A DNA stretch of 64,000 bases from Okamejei kenojei (taxonomy: Eukaryota): the NCBI GenBank assembly GCA_035221665.1, contig CM069160.1, positions 8,370,001-8,434,000 on the forward strand, in the 5' to 3' direction. The first letter of the stretch is position 1, and each line of letters begins with the position of its first letter. Positions 62,166-64,000 of the stretch are shown piece after piece. The notes under the pieces are model-generated. The model ran no database searches. It saw only the letters and a list, made by a program, of their open reading frames with translations, and was not told where the DNA came from. The position numbers and the translations under genes are program-made.

Positions 62166-64000
62166 ACATTAGGAATAATGTGAGCAGCTTTGGGTCCCAT
62201 ATCAGAGGAAGTATGTGCTGGTGTTGGAGAGAGAACAGTGCACGTTTACGAGAATGATCCCGGGAATGTTTGGGTTAACGTATGTGGAGCATTTGATGGC
62301 TCTGGGCCTGTACTCGCTGGAGTTTGGAAGGAAAGGGGATATTTTATTGAAAACTATCATATAATGAAACGCCTAGATGGTGTGGATGTGGAGAGGATGT
62401 TTCCAGTAACATCCAGATCCAGAGGACACAGCCTCGGAATAAAAGGAAGTGCCTTCAGATTGGAGACGAGGAGGAATTTCTTTAGCCGACGGATGGTGAA
62501 TCTGAGGAATTAATTATCATAGATGGCTGAGGAGGCTGTTATTGGGTATTTTTAAAGTGGAAATGATAGTTTCTTATTCAGAAAGGGCATGAAAGGTTAC
62601 AGGGAGGGAAGTAGAATAGGATTGAGAACGAAAGATCAGCCATAATGGAGGAGAATGGCGGAAAAGACTTGATGGGCTGAATGGCCTAATTCTGCTCCTA
62701 TATCTTGAGGTGTTTTGGTCAAAATAGTTTACACCTTCGCAAGCAGCACAGGCAAAACTTAGGTAAGGATGTTGGTTCAATTTCAGTTCAGGTGTAGACA
62801 CAAGGAACTGCAGATGCTGGAATCCCGAGCAAAGCACAAAGTGGTGGAGGAACTCAGTGATTCAGGCGGCAACTGTGGAAGGAATGGACGGGCAACGTTT
62901 CGAGTCGGGATACTTCTTCAGCCTGATAGGAGTAGGCGGGAGAAAGCTGTAAAAGAGAGATGGGCTGGAACAAAGTGATGGGTGGAAAGCGATAGGTGGA
63001 TACAGGTGAGGGGGAGATTGGGTGGAGCAAGTGACAAAGGCTAGAGGTGAAAAGTAGAAGACAAGTTGTCAGCTAACAGAAGAAGAATTTATAGTTTAGC
63101 TTGGAAACGCGCCCTTCATCCCAACAAGTCCACACCAACCCCTGATCACCAGTTCACACAAGTTCTATCTTATCTCACTTGGGGTAATTGACCTACAAAC
63201 TCGCCTGTTCAAGAAGGAACTGCAGATGCTGGAAAGTCGAAGGTTGACAAAAGTGCTGGAAAAACTCAGTGGGTGCGGCTGCATCTATGGAGCGAAGGAA
63301 ATAAGCAACGTTTCGGGCTGCAGCACCCGCTGTGCTTATCCAGCACTTTTGTCATCCTACAAACTCGCCTGTCTTTGCAATGTGGGAGGAAACCAGGGCA
63401 TTGAGGGAAATCCCACATGGTCAGAGAGAGAACGTGCAAACTCTGCACAGACAGCACCCAAAATCAGGATTGAACCTGTGTCTCTGGCACAACGAGGCAA
63501 TGGCTCTACCAGAATCGCCACTGCCGTGCTCTAAAAGGAGAGGTGAAATGTAAGCTGGAGGGAGGGATGCAGGTGGAAGGGGACAGAGGGAAGGGAACGG
63601 GGGGTGGGGCGGGAGGAAGGGGGGGGTTGGTGGTGGGGGGGAGGGGGCGGGGGGGGGGGAATAAAAGGGAAATTATGGAGGAGCGTAAAGGGTCAGCATG
63701 ACTGGAGATTGTCCAGGTGCAAGCTGTCCAGCTTGTGAAAGTCACACTTGCCCCAGAAGTGGCCTCTTTATTGTAAAAACCTACAACTACCTTTCCCATA
63801 CTACTCGCCACACATTCATCAGACCTGCCATCCCATTGCCCTTCTTGTACCCAGTGGAAGGTGGCTCCAGAGACAGAAGGGTCCAGACCCAAAATGTCAC
63901 CTAGCCACGTTCTCCAGCGACAATTTCTTCACAGGAGCTATCAGACAATTGGGCAACAAGGTACACAAGGTATACAAATAGTCAGCACATAAAGGGCGCT

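Overview
Repeat-dense vertebrate genomic DNA, very probably from a cartilaginous fish (skate/ray/shark). The basis is HE1-like tRNA-derived SINEs, CR1 LINEs with (TTTCTATG)n tails and abundant Penelope debris. One host protein-coding gene can be assembled by hand on the minus strand: a divergent non-classical MHC class I heavy chain. Its exons are leader 32979-32904, alpha1 27598-27350, alpha2 24429-24160, alpha3 21422-21141 and a candidate last coding exon 13549-13464; all introns are phase-1 GT-AG and the product is 320 aa. It lacks most peptide-anchoring residues, carries an extra Cys pair in alpha2 and has altered beta2m-contact residues. It appears to end in a GPI-anchor-type signal rather than a transmembrane segment plus tail. 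Its promoter has a perfect DR4 nuclear-receptor element, with a co-oriented solo LTR just upstream. The rest of the window is transposable elements: a near-complete DIRS1-type tyrosine-recombinase retrotransposon nested in a hAT element inside a Rex1/Babar LINE, a second truncated DIRS, Penelope units with hammerhead-like cores, CR1, L1/Tx1, RTE-derived, hAT and Harbinger elements, minisatellites and interstitial telomeric repeats. Most ORFs in the supplied track are TE fragments or spurious.
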